64,000 nt of DNA from Candidatus Bathyarchaeia archaeon (GTDB taxonomy: Archaea; Thermoproteota; Bathyarchaeia; Bathyarchaeales; Bathycorpusculaceae). The notes below the pieces were generated by a model that made no database searches, had not been told where the DNA came from, and saw nothing but the letters and a program-made list of their open reading frames with translations. Positions 1-9,551 of this stretch are shown in pieces; the stretch's first letter is position 1; each line of letters starts with the position of its first letter. Where the stretch lies: contig JAVZLM010000006.1 in assembly GCA_038883775.1 (NCBI GenBank), forward strand, positions 1-64,000. Direction: 5' to 3'. The translations under genes and the position numbers were made by a program.

Positions 1-2
1 AC

Positions 3-662
3 AACGCCTTAACACTTGTGGACGGTGCCCAATCCGTTCCCCATTTGCCAGTAGATGTCAAAGATTTAGACATAGATTTCCTAGCTTTTTCTGGACACAA
101 AATGTTGGGACCCACTGGCATAGGCGTCCTATACGGCAAACGTGAAATCCTCGAAAAAATGGAACCCTTCCAAGGAGGAGGCGAAATGATACGCGAAGTC
201 TCCTTTAACTCCGCCAAAGGACGCTGTTCCATCACTTTTAATGCGTTGCCATGGAAGTTTGAGGCTGGAACACCAAATGTTTGTGGCGGAGTAGGACTTA
301 TGGAGGCTATACGATACTTAAAGCGCATAGGCATGGAAAATGTGAAGGTGCACGAGGAAATGCTAACAAAATATGCCATGCAGAAAATGGCAGAATGCAA
401 AAAAGTTGAAATTTATGGAACAAAAGACACGTTCATAAAATGTGGAATAATCCCCTTCGGCGTTGAAGGCTTAAGTTCACATGATATTGCCTTATTTTTG
501 GACAATTATGGCATCATGGTTAGAAGCGGTTTCCACTGCGCCCAACCCTTACATGAAGCGTTTAAGCTGAAATCCTCTGCACGGGCAAGCTTCTACATTT
601 ATAACACCCGCGAAGAAGTTGACCGCTTCGTTGAAGTTTTGAAGGAGATAGAGCAGATTTAA
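3..662 (+). CDS. sufS: Cysteine desulfurase, SufS family (5' end outside the window)
   Basis: DGAQS, PLP-lysine motif SGHKMLGPTGIG, FEAGTPN and catalytic RSGFHCAQP; frame open from the window edge. Confidence 0.93.
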   Translation, partial: NALTLVDGAQSVPHLPVDVKDLDIDFLAFSGHKMLGPTGIGVLYGKREILEKMEPFQGGGEMIREVSFNSAKGRCSITFNALPWKFEAGTPNVCGGVGLMEAIRYLKRIGMENVKVHEEMLTKYAMQKMAECKKVEIYGTKDTFIKCGIIPFGVEGLSSHDIALFLDNYGIMVRSGFHCAQPLHEAFKLKSSARASFYIYNTREEVDRFVEVLKEIEQI

Positions 663-932
663 ATGGTTACCGTTGAGGATTATGTGGCTAGAATTGAGGA
701 AACATGCGGCGAAGAAAGAGACTTCATAGTCATACTAAAATATGACAAGAAAGAGGAAGCCATAAACAAAATTTTAAAAAGGGCAAAAATAGAAAAGTCA
801 ATTTCATCCATAATTTTCGAATTAACCTTCAAGGGCGTCTCTTTCCGCCTTTACGGAACAGGAAAAGCCATTTTCCGAAATTTAAAGGATAAAAATGTGT
901 TGCAGAGTATTTTGAGTGATCTTTTATTGTAA
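663..932 (+). CDS. Small hypothetical protein with a single Cys (ETCG), TBP-like/MoeB-C-terminal-like pattern
   Basis: ATG directly follows the sufS TAA; FRLYGTGKAIF beta-hairpin pattern. Confidence 0.7.
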   Translation: MVTVEDYVARIEETCGEERDFIVILKYDKKEEAINKILKRAKIEKSISSIIFELTFKGVSFRLYGTGKAIFRNLKDKNVLQSILSDLLL

Positions 933-944
933 TTTGTGCAAAGA

Positions 945-982
945 ATTCAATGTATTGAATCGTGAGAAGTAAGATTTAAATC
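945..982 (+). promoter_or_regulatory. Palindrome ATTCAAT-GT-ATTGAAT upstream of a TATA-like box (GATTTAAATC) for the AAA+/VWA operon
   Basis: Perfect 7-bp arms at 945-960; TATA-like element at 973-982. Confidence 0.45.
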
Positions 983-1032
983 AAATTCTGCCATTAAAAT
1001 TCATAGAAAACTCCTCCGGAGGAACCATTCTA

Positions 1033-2118
1033 ATGAGCTCAAAACCAAAGTTAAAGGATAAACCAATTGTAGCAGAGGCTGTCGGATTCGGATTCCAAGG
1101 CGGAAAAAAACAAAAAGGCGAAACCGCCTACGTTGTAGAAGAACAAATAAAAACCGAAGTGAAAGACACACGCTTATCAGTTTCAATAACAAAAACAGCC
1201 AACATAACCTCTTATACTCATACTGAACTCCGAAAAAAATACAGAATAGAAAAATATGACTTGCATCCAGGATTCATTTTTCCCGAATCCGTACGTACCC
1301 TCATACCACGTAACACCCCAGAATACATAGACAAAGGCTTTAATTACGTTGAAAGAATCGTCCGAGCCCTCTATTACTTTAAACAGTGCGCTTTAATTGG
1401 ACCCAGCGGAACAGGCAAAACCCATGTTGTGTATTTGATTGCAGAACTTTGTGGATTACCCATGTGGGAAATCAACTGCGGTTTGCAAACTTCAGCCTAC
1501 GATTTATTTGGAAGATACATAGGTCTTGGAAAGGGAAACTGGATTGACGGACAAATAGTCATGTGGTGCAGAAATGGCGGCTTACTCTACTTAGACGAGG
1601 CAAACATGATGAAACAAGACATAGCTTCAAGGCTCAACCCAGTTCTGGACACACGAGGACACATAGTTTTAACAGAGAAAGACAATGAAATAGTGAAGAG
1701 GCACCCTTACGGCTATCTGGTTATTTCGATGAACCCCTTCTCGGCCGAATTCGTTGGAACAAAACCGTTAAACGCAGCCTTAAGAAGACGCATGTCTGTA
1801 TGGATAAACTTTGACTATCTAAGCGTAGGCGACAAAATCTCCCCAGACGAAATTGAACTCATAATGAAAAGAAGTGGCTTAGACGAAAAAACATCCAGAA
1901 AAATAGTCCAAGTAGGCGCTGAACTTAGAAGGCAATACAAAAACGGAGACCTACCCTACGGACCATCGCCTGGAGATTTGATTAACTGGGCAACTTTAAT
2001 TGCCGATGGATGTGGACCAATAGAGGCTGCTGTTGAAACAATTGTTGGAACGACAAGTGATGACGTAGAAGTGCAAGCTGCCGTAAAACGGATTGTTGAG
2101 TCCATTTTTAGCTCATAA
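1033..2118 (+). CDS. MoxR-type AAA+ ATPase, CbbQ/NirQ/NorQ family
   Basis: Walker A GPSGTGKT, Walker B LYLDEAN, SMNP sensor-1, LNAALRRR arginine finger. Confidence 0.9.
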   Translation: MSSKPKLKDKPIVAEAVGFGFQGGKKQKGETAYVVEEQIKTEVKDTRLSVSITKTANITSYTHTELRKKYRIEKYDLHPGFIFPESVRTLIPRNTPEYIDKGFNYVERIVRALYYFKQCALIGPSGTGKTHVVYLIAELCGLPMWEINCGLQTSAYDLFGRYIGLGKGNWIDGQIVMWCRNGGLLYLDEANMMKQDIASRLNPVLDTRGHIVLTEKDNEIVKRHPYGYLVISMNPFSAEFVGTKPLNAALRRRMSVWINFDYLSVGDKISPDEIELIMKRSGLDEKTSRKIVQVGAELRRQYKNGDLPYGPSPGDLINWATLIADGCGPIEAAVETIVGTTSDDVEVQAAVKRIVESIFSS

Positions 2119-2138
2119 AGGGAATTATGGGTTGAGCA

Positions 2139-3830
2139 TTGAACTTTTTTGATTTTGCATGGTCCACAGCTACTCAAATAACAAAAAAGTCACATAACGA
2201 ATTGAAAATTCTTTTGCATGATGATTTAAGGTATCCCTATCTTGGAAGGGACAGCAGAGGATTCGTTCTGCACCTAATTAAGCCAAAAAAGTTAGACGAA
2301 AAATGCGTTTATTTTCAAGGGTTAAAATTTGACCTTCAAACCCCTAATCACAAGAAAATTATTTGGTATTTATTCAAGTCTTCAGTTTACCATTTAGCCA
2401 TGCACGCACACCTATCAGATTTTTCAATTTATTCAAAATGGGCACGAGGGAAATCTCATAACCTATCAACCTTCGTAATCAGCTTAGTTGAGGACGCCAT
2501 AATAAATGAGCACTTGAAGCGGGCGTTTCAATGGATGCTTCCAGAAATAGCCTACACAAACGCCATCTCCTTTCTCTTAATGAAGGATATTGATAAACTC
2601 TCAAACACTATTTCACGAGTTACGGCCTCAATACTGCAAGAATGTGCTCTTGGAAAAGTCAAAGGAAAATTGAACGATGATATGCTTACAGATGTTAAGG
2701 CAATAACTTCCATCCTTCGAGGAATAGGAGAAAATCCAACGGGTGATAGCAGAGTGGATGCAGCCAATAAAATTTATGACGCTTTAACTGTTTATGGAGA
2801 GCCTTTTGAGGTGCCATCGCTTTTACATACAGAATGCCATGGAACAAACGACCTTTTCTATGAACAGCACATACCCAAAGAAGAGCATATACAACCAATT
2901 TTCACAGAGGCGCTAAAAATTTTGACCTATGAAAATAAAGGTGAAGAGCAGCTACAAAATTTGCTGCAAACCTTGAAAGAAAGCGATGCGCATCAAGTTC
3001 TAATGGCATGGCAAGAGCAGGAGCGTTCTAAGCTAAAGATTTTGAAGGATTATGCTCAAATAGGAAAGAATTCGCCATTCGAGGATTTTGAGTTTCCAGC
3101 CGAAGATTATGCCGAATTTCAAAGAAGAAGGGAGCTTTTAGGCAGCCCAATAAGACGCATAATGCATCAACTAAGGCTTTTGAAAAACGTTGAAGGCGAA
3201 GATTTTAGACAAGAAAGCGGATTCGTGGATCTGCAAGAAGCAATACAAGTAATTGCCAGCAAAAGCCAGCGAACCGACATTTTCGTTCGAGAGGAACTTC
3301 AAACCAGAGAAGACGCATGGTCTATACTCGTAGATGCAAGCCACAGCCTCAACATGTTCAGGGGCGAAGTTCGCGGCATAGCCCTATGCTTGGCTGAAGT
3401 TGCAAAAACACTTATACTTAACCAAAACTCTTGGGGAATGTATGCCTTCAACAACAAATTCTACGTCATCAAAGACTTTTCTGAAAGATTCGATGCGCAA
3501 GTGAAAGCGAGAATAGGCGGTTTAACCCATGGAGGCTTAACATATCTTCCCGATGCTATTCTTTTAGCAGCTCAAGCCTTAACCAAGCGGTTGGAAACGG
3601 CTAGAGTTTTAGTTATTGTTTCAGATTTCTTTCCTTCCGGATATGATGGCGTAGAGGAAAAGTTGAAAGAAAACCTTAAGAAAGTTGAACGCATGGGTGT
3701 TGGCGTCATAGGGATTGGCGTCAAAAGTCGTGCAGTTAAAAATTATATTCGTGTAAACTGTGTTGTGGAAAATCCTTACGATTTAATGAAGAAATTCACT
3801 AAGGCTTTCATAGAATTTAGTGTAGGTTAA
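2139..3830 (+). CDS. VWA-domain protein, CbbO/NorD-like partner of the AAA+ ATPase
   Basis: C-terminal MIDAS: ILVDASHS...GGLT...VSD; adjacent to the ATPase; TTG start. Confidence 0.85.
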   Translation: MNFFDFAWSTATQITKKSHNELKILLHDDLRYPYLGRDSRGFVLHLIKPKKLDEKCVYFQGLKFDLQTPNHKKIIWYLFKSSVYHLAMHAHLSDFSIYSKWARGKSHNLSTFVISLVEDAIINEHLKRAFQWMLPEIAYTNAISFLLMKDIDKLSNTISRVTASILQECALGKVKGKLNDDMLTDVKAITSILRGIGENPTGDSRVDAANKIYDALTVYGEPFEVPSLLHTECHGTNDLFYEQHIPKEEHIQPIFTEALKILTYENKGEEQLQNLLQTLKESDAHQVLMAWQEQERSKLKILKDYAQIGKNSPFEDFEFPAEDYAEFQRRRELLGSPIRRIMHQLRLLKNVEGEDFRQESGFVDLQEAIQVIASKSQRTDIFVREELQTREDAWSILVDASHSLNMFRGEVRGIALCLAEVAKTLILNQNSWGMYAFNNKFYVIKDFSERFDAQVKARIGGLTHGGLTYLPDAILLAAQALTKRLETARVLVIVSDFFPSGYDGVEEKLKENLKKVERMGVGVIGIGVKSRAVKNYIRVNCVVENPYDLMKKFTKAFIEFSVG

Positions 3831-3839
3831 AACTGTTTC

Positions 3840-4388
3840 CTATGAAGTTTGTTCTACAACAGAGAAATCAGCTTCAAACTCGAATTTTTCTGGCACACCA
3901 AAACCTTTTTTCGGTTTGAAAACTATCTTTTCTGGCACTCCATCGCGTATGAAGGCTATGTAAAGCAGCTCCTTTCCCAAACCATAACGTTCTAAATCAA
4001 TTATGGAATTTTTTGTCTTCTCCAACCTATCAATTTTATTTTTTAACTCTTCCACGGCTTCGAAGAGAACTTCCGCCTCTCCAAATGCATCAGCGGAAAG
4101 CATAATCTCTTTAAACTGAACCCATTCAGTTGAAATGCCAGTTTTTTTCTCTTCTTTTCTGCTTCCCTTTCTGCCGCCAGTCCGCAGGATTTTTTGCAGT
4201 TCAGCAAATTTTTTCATCTGCTCTTGATTTTTTGCTGATTCAGGATTTCTTAGGAGGCTTCCCAACCACTGGCTGTAGTCTTCAAGTAACATTTTGTATT
4301 GATTTATTCCTGTTTCTACCATTTCTCTAATTTCTTTAAGCGAATAAAAGGTTCGGATTTCAGTTAAAAATCCATACAAGAGCGGCAC
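3840..4388 (-). CDS. Hypothetical helical/coiled-coil protein
   Basis: 182-aa ORF, heptad-like E/K/L-rich segments, 8 bp downstream of the preceding minus-strand gene. Confidence 0.7.
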   Translation of the reverse strand: MPLLYGFLTEIRTFYSLKEIREMVETGINQYKMLLEDYSQWLGSLLRNPESAKNQEQMKKFAELQKILRTGGRKGSRKEEKKTGISTEWVQFKEIMLSADAFGEAEVLFEAVEELKNKIDRLEKTKNSIIDLERYGLGKELLYIAFIRDGVPEKIVFKPKKGFGVPEKFEFEADFSVVEQTS

Positions 4389-4396
4389 CCGCAGGT

Positions 4397-5074
4397 TTAG
4401 CTTTGGCTTTCCGTTGTCACAGATTCTTTAACAACATCCATCGTTTGTTCTTCGCTTGAAACAGCTGTTTCCTCTTTTCCTCCCACAATAGCTTTAACAA
4501 CGCCTTTAAGTTCCTTCTTCAATTTTCCAAAGAAGTTAACCCTTGTGCTTATCTTCTTTCTATACAGCATTATCACTTTTGCCAGTTCAGGAAGTATAAC
4601 CCATAAAACAGCCATAACGATTTCAGGCGGATACCCAGCCAGAAAAGCCGAGTTAACCTCACCTTTTTCTGGAACAAGTATCAAGTGGCCCTCTTCGTTT
4701 AAAATTGCCTTTTTAACCTTCTTTTTGAACGGTATGTTTTGTGGAGGAATGTTAAAGGATACGTTAAGTTTTTTGAGAACATACTTAAGTGACACGCAAA
4801 GTTCGTTAATAAGGGTTTTCTCTTCAATCAAAAACTCGCTTAACTGCAATGTTTCCTCGCTTATGCTTTTTAGAAGTTCTTGAAGCTTCTGCTCAACTTC
4901 AGCCTTAGATTGTTCTATTTCTTTTTCATCCAAAATTTCTTCGCTTTCTTCCGATAACTGTACTGGATGGAAAAAGTATGCTTCTTCCACAACCTCTGGT
5001 TGAGTTTCTTCTTTCGGCGGGTGTGGTTGTGTTTGCTCTGCGCTTACTTTAGGTTTGACGTTTTTTGCTTCCAT
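4397..5074 (-). CDS. Hypothetical acidic coiled-coil protein
   Basis: 225-aa ORF with GGGAG upstream; E/Q-rich N-terminal half. Confidence 0.72.
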   Translation of the reverse strand: MEAKNVKPKVSAEQTQPHPPKEETQPEVVEEAYFFHPVQLSEESEEILDEKEIEQSKAEVEQKLQELLKSISEETLQLSEFLIEEKTLINELCVSLKYVLKKLNVSFNIPPQNIPFKKKVKKAILNEEGHLILVPEKGEVNSAFLAGYPPEIVMAVLWVILPELAKVIMLYRKKISTRVNFFGKLKKELKGVVKAIVGGKEETAVSSEEQTMDVVKESVTTESQS

Positions 5075-5176
5075 AAAGAATCTCCCATGTTCTTCGATAA
5101 TAGACTCTGCAAAGTAATCAATTTTTAAGAGATAATAGGGTTAGTATGTTGTGAACTGTTACGCACTAACACGCTT

Positions 5177-5650
5177 CTAAGCAGCATACGAGGGTTTATG
5201 AGGCTTAACAATTAGAAAAGCCAAAAACAAATATAAAAGAGCGCCAAAAGTTTGGCGTGTCAAATCTGGAGCAAGCCAAACCCAACTTGAACCGCCACTA
5301 AAATGCAGTCCAGCAACGAACCATGCGAAAACGAAATCAACTAAAGTTTCAATGGCAACAGCCATTTTGAATGGAAACTTTATAGCATGAGAATCCAAGC
5401 TTAATATCATGTAAATGGGCATGTTAGCCACCAAAACAAAAAGTGTCAATCCAATATGTATGCCGAAATTTTCCATAAACACCCTTGCATACAGGTTGGC
5501 TTCTTCTTGTGGAGCGCGGCAAAAGGCAAGTGTTATTAAATAATCAAATATTATGAAGGCAAAAACTAATACTGTTCTTTTTAGCCAATGGTTGTTTCTT
5601 GGAATTAGGAAATTTTTAAAGCAAAATGCATAGCCCTCTTTACTTTGCAT
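5177..5650 (-). CDS. Small multi-pass membrane protein (DUF5658-like)
   Basis: About four hydrophobic segments; D-x2-T...EAN pattern; GGAGG upstream. Confidence 0.6.
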   Translation of the reverse strand: MQSKEGYAFCFKNFLIPRNNHWLKRTVLVFAFIIFDYLITLAFCRAPQEEANLYARVFMENFGIHIGLTLFVLVANMPIYMILSLDSHAIKFPFKMAVAIETLVDFVFAWFVAGLHFSGGSSWVWLAPDLTRQTFGALLYLFLAFLIVKPHKPSYAA

Positions 5651-5730
5651 TCTCCTTTTCTCCTCCTCGCTAATTCTACTGTTCTAAGTTTATGGTTTTA
5701 GCTTTTGTTGCTTAAAAGTTTTGGAATGTT

Positions 5731-5756
5731 GATTTTGGATTCAGATTTTGGATTCA
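5731..5756. repeat. 13-bp tandem duplication GATTTTGGATTCA x2 next to the TATA box of the TrmB gene
   Basis: Read directly; TATAAAA follows at 5761-5767. Confidence 0.8.
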
Positions 5757-5836
5757 GAAGTATAAAATATGACGCTTGGAGTAAAACGGTTCTGACTCTG
5801 ATTCAGAATAAGGAGCAAGGCTGTTAGAGGGTCAAA

Positions 5837-6709
5837 ATGGAACTAACCGTCGACAAACCTCAAAACATCGTAAAACTGTACGATGAAAACTCGGGAATGT
5901 GGAGATTCGTAAAAACAGACAAGGGACCGCCCAAATCCTTGGAAATAATCGAGAAGGCGCTTTATAGGCTTGGATTATCAAAAAATGAAATTAAGGTTTA
6001 CATATACCTTGCAAGAACAAGTGAACACAAAGCAAGCGAAATTTCTGAGGCATTATCTCTCCACAGAACTGAAACTTACAGAATTTTGCGTGATTTAGAG
6101 AAAAAAGGATTAATATCCTCTGTTTTTGAAAAACCTTTAAAATTCATTGCCACACCGTTCGAAAAGGCGTTAGACATACTTATTGAAACCAAAAAAATGA
6201 AAATAAGCCTTTTGGAAAAGAAAAAGGGAAACTTGGTTGATCTTTGGCTTTCCCTTCCAAAACCAGAAACAGAATGTGAAAGAAAAGAAGTGTTCCAAGT
6301 TTTGGAAGGTGAGGAACAAATCAGTTTGAAGGCTGATGAAATACTCAATAACGCAAAGAAAGAAGTTTACGTTTTCGTCTCAGAACATGACATCGCAAAC
6401 TTCTACCATTCTGGGATCCTAGACAAACTTGAAATCATGTCCAAGGAAAACATAAATGTACATTTACTAACCAACTATTCTCCAAAAAGTTGCTTCTTCA
6501 TCGAAAAAATAAAACTGAAAAAATCCAAATACTCTCTTTCCACTGTTGAAGATCTGCCCACTTTTATCCTTAGAGATGACGAGCAACTGCTTCTGCTAAT
6601 AAGAAAGAACAATGGAAAAAAGAGAGTTGCAGCTCTTTGGACAAATTATGAAGCTTTCGTAAAAACCTTAAAAACACTTTTCCTCGAGTTGTGGAATAAC
6701 AACGCTTAA
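5837..6709 (+). CDS. TrmB-family transcriptional regulator
   Basis: LGLSKNEIKVYIYL...ASEIS...TYRILRDLEKKGLI wHTH plus a C-terminal effector-like domain. Confidence 0.9.
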   Translation: MELTVDKPQNIVKLYDENSGMWRFVKTDKGPPKSLEIIEKALYRLGLSKNEIKVYIYLARTSEHKASEISEALSLHRTETYRILRDLEKKGLISSVFEKPLKFIATPFEKALDILIETKKMKISLLEKKKGNLVDLWLSLPKPETECERKEVFQVLEGEEQISLKADEILNNAKKEVYVFVSEHDIANFYHSGILDKLEIMSKENINVHLLTNYSPKSCFFIEKIKLKKSKYSLSTVEDLPTFILRDDEQLLLLIRKNNGKKRVAALWTNYEAFVKTLKTLFLELWNNNA

Positions 6710-8190
6710 CCTTTAATTTTAATCATTTGTAGCATTCTTGAAGCGAGAATTCTTGCTTCTTTATCAAGAGCCAATACAACAGATAAGTAAATTATTCCGC
6801 CAACAGCTGTTACCGCAAAAGTTAACATTATGGTTTTTGGATGTGGAAGTAAAAATAAGACCAAAGCCATCAAAATTGAAGCAAAAACGTATTTTGCGAT
6901 ATTCCACCATGGAATTTTTATTCTGACCATTCTGTGAACGATAACGTATTGAATAAGAAACATGACGAAACGTGCAGCAAAATTGATAACGCTTACATAA
7001 AATGAAGCCTGCGAAGGATTATTTTGAACGTATACGGTTAGTGCATAAAATGTCATTGGAATGGTTATTGCTGAATGGATATATGGCAAAGAAAATGCGA
7101 GGAAGAGGCGACTTCTTAATAATTCTTTGAAGGAAATTTTCGCTTTTTCATCAACTTTTTCAAATCCCAAAAGCACAGTATTATATAAACTAGATATTGT
7201 TATTAGCAAAGCATCTATTGACAAGATAACTAAAGTAGGTGTGGCTTCTTCATACTTAGGGCTGAGGATTATTAAGTAGGAATCTCTAAGCGCTATTGCC
7301 CCAGCAGTCATGGGCAACGCGAACATTAAAACAACTTTCATTATATTAGTTACATCTTCATGCTTCCCTTCAGCAAGCAGCCTTGGATATAATGCGAAAG
7401 CTAAATAGGAGGAGTAATTAATTATTGCCGCTATTATCCAAGCAGCTCCATAATTTCCTCGTGCTGCATCTCCACCATAGATAAATAACAGTATAAAAAC
7501 GAAGGATGCTATTTGATTGCCAACAGCGCTGTATATATTTACAATGGAACCTTTTAACCATTCCTTCAAATAACTCCACTGAAAATTTTGCTTTAACTCG
7601 CTTGATAACAATTTAAGATAATAAATTGATTGAATGAAAAAAGTCAGTATTAGACTAAGCATGGCTCCAAAAAGAGGATTAGGACGGAAAATCCAGTTTA
7701 TCAATATATAACCTAAAGAAACTTTAGAGGCTTCCCTTAAAAGCACCCCATAGCCTATTACATGCGGTTTCTTGGCTTGAAGACACTGTTCCAAAGCATA
7801 AATTGCATAAGTTTCAATTATTTGTATTGTGGTTATAAAATAAAGGAAAAAGTATTTCTCAACATTAAGCCTGGAAACAATAAAAGGAATCAATAAAACA
7901 TATACTAAAGCAGCAATTAATGAAATGGTCAAGTTTGCAATTATTCCAGTTTTCACTGCACCTTCCTTCCCTCTCGCCGCGAATCTCAACGCCCAAAAAG
8001 GAATCACCCCAGCCATCAAAGTAAAGTAGGGCAATAAATCCTTACTGACATTAGACCATATACCATATTCAGCTTGGCTGGTTACACGAGTTATCATAAG
8101 TTGGAAAAAGAAGCCTGTCGCAACACTAAGCAAATGAGCAGTGAATATTACAAAACCCGTATATTCGAGGCGTATTTCGTTTTTTGTCAA
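6706..8190 (-). CDS. Polysaccharide/oligosaccharide flippase (Wzx/MOP superfamily)
   Basis: About 12-14 TM segments; start placed at TTG after AGGTGA (ORF track extends to 8265). Confidence 0.75.
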   Translation of the reverse strand: MTKNEIRLEYTGFVIFTAHLLSVATGFFFQLMITRVTSQAEYGIWSNVSKDLLPYFTLMAGVIPFWALRFAARGKEGAVKTGIIANLTISLIAALVYVLLIPFIVSRLNVEKYFFLYFITTIQIIETYAIYALEQCLQAKKPHVIGYGVLLREASKVSLGYILINWIFRPNPLFGAMLSLILTFFIQSIYYLKLLSSELKQNFQWSYLKEWLKGSIVNIYSAVGNQIASFVFILLFIYGGDAARGNYGAAWIIAAIINYSSYLAFALYPRLLAEGKHEDVTNIMKVVLMFALPMTAGAIALRDSYLIILSPKYEEATPTLVILSIDALLITISSLYNTVLLGFEKVDEKAKISFKELLRSRLFLAFSLPYIHSAITIPMTFYALTVYVQNNPSQASFYVSVINFAARFVMFLIQYVIVHRMVRIKIPWWNIAKYVFASILMALVLFLLPHPKTIMLTFAVTAVGGIIYLSVVLALDKEARILASRMLQMIKIKG

Positions 8191-8348
8191 GTGTTCACCT
8201 TTGCTTGCTGGTTTATGGATATTATTTTTGGTATTTAATATATTATGTTGGAAAAATAATTTCATTCCAAGCCTGTTCCATCTTTTACTATGAACGTAGC
8301 AACTACATTAATGCTATGCGAAGGTGATAAAGAGTATAAAGTATGGTT

Positions 8349-9296
8349 TTATTCGACGCCTTCTATTGCCGTCTGATATGTTTGGTAAATTGCTTTAGCT
8401 GCTTCTTCTATTCCCTTCTTTTCTTCGTTTGAAAGAGCATCATAGAAGGAAGGCCCTAGAGAGCGCCCAAGTTTTAATGGTGTTCCAACAAAAACGGGTT
8501 CGGGTACTCCTTCAAACTTCATAGGTATCGCCACTGAAACTATTTCCATTGTGTTTTTTACTATGGCCCTAACAATGTCTCTGAAGGAGGCAGCTGGACC
8601 ATACTCTGTGCCTCCAATATTGTCGATCACAAATTTTGATATAGTCTTCATATAAGACTCGATTTCGTCTTTGCGCAAAATTTTGTTTTTTGACTTAATA
8701 TACTCGTCCAGAGGAAGACCACCAACTTTTGTTGTGGACCACAAGATAACTGCGGCTTCTCCATGCTCTCCTCCAACCCAGCCTTGAACTTTGGATACTG
8801 GCACTTCTAATGTTGCCGCTAGTTTAGATCGAAACCTTAAGGATTCAAGGTTTGTTCCGGTGCTTATTACAAAATCAGCCTTTGAGTATTTTTTGCAAAC
8901 CATCGCCATCGCATCCACAGGATTTGTTATAACAATGTATTTTGCGCCCGGGTTTTGTGGAGACGTGACTTCAGCGATATACTTGATTATTTTTGCGTTT
9001 TGAACCGCCAAATCTCGCCTACTCATCTTAACTCCTGGTATTCTGGGTTCTCCTGCTGAAATTAGAATTATGTCCGCCCCTACAACCTCCTCATCTTTTT
9101 CGCAAGCATTTATTTCCACATCTAACCCTAAACTTGCTGTGACATGTTTTAGTTCTTCAGCGAAGGCCGCAGCAAGCCCTGGTTTGGTATCGCACACTGT
9201 TATTATGTCTGCAAGTTCCGCGCACATAATGGTATATGCCGTTGGGCGTCCTACACGACCTGTTCCAATTTGGGCTATGTGCAACCTCATTTTCAC
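8349..9296 (-). CDS. mdh: Malate/lactate dehydrogenase family protein
   Basis: GTGRVG Rossmann motif, AGEPR..G..RRDL (Arg at the specificity position), TNPVD, GEHG. Confidence 0.75.
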   Translation of the reverse strand: MKMRLHIAQIGTGRVGRPTAYTIMCAELADIITVCDTKPGLAAAFAEELKHVTASLGLDVEINACEKDEEVVGADIILISAGEPRIPGVKMSRRDLAVQNAKIIKYIAEVTSPQNPGAKYIVITNPVDAMAMVCKKYSKADFVISTGTNLESLRFRSKLAATLEVPVSKVQGWVGGEHGEAAVILWSTTKVGGLPLDEYIKSKNKILRKDEIESYMKTISKFVIDNIGGTEYGPAASFRDIVRAIVKNTMEIVSVAIPMKFEGVPEPVFVGTPLKLGRSLGPSFYDALSNEEKKGIEEAAKAIYQTYQTAIEGVE

Positions 9297-9551
9297 CTTT
9301 TGTCTATTTCATCGAGGGCTTATATGACCTTTTCCAATTAAGTAATCTTGGGTTTCTTTCCAGTCCCTTATTTTTCTGCGTATCTTAGAAAGTTTATGCT
9401 TTTAATGCTGAAAATTGTGCGCTTATTTTAATTAGTCAATCATACGTAGAGCATGAAAACTCTCAATAATTTAACTATAAAATTATAAAATAGGAATGTT
9501 TAGTTTATTCAATGAATAATGCTTTGAAGACGTTTGGAGTGATAATTGTAG

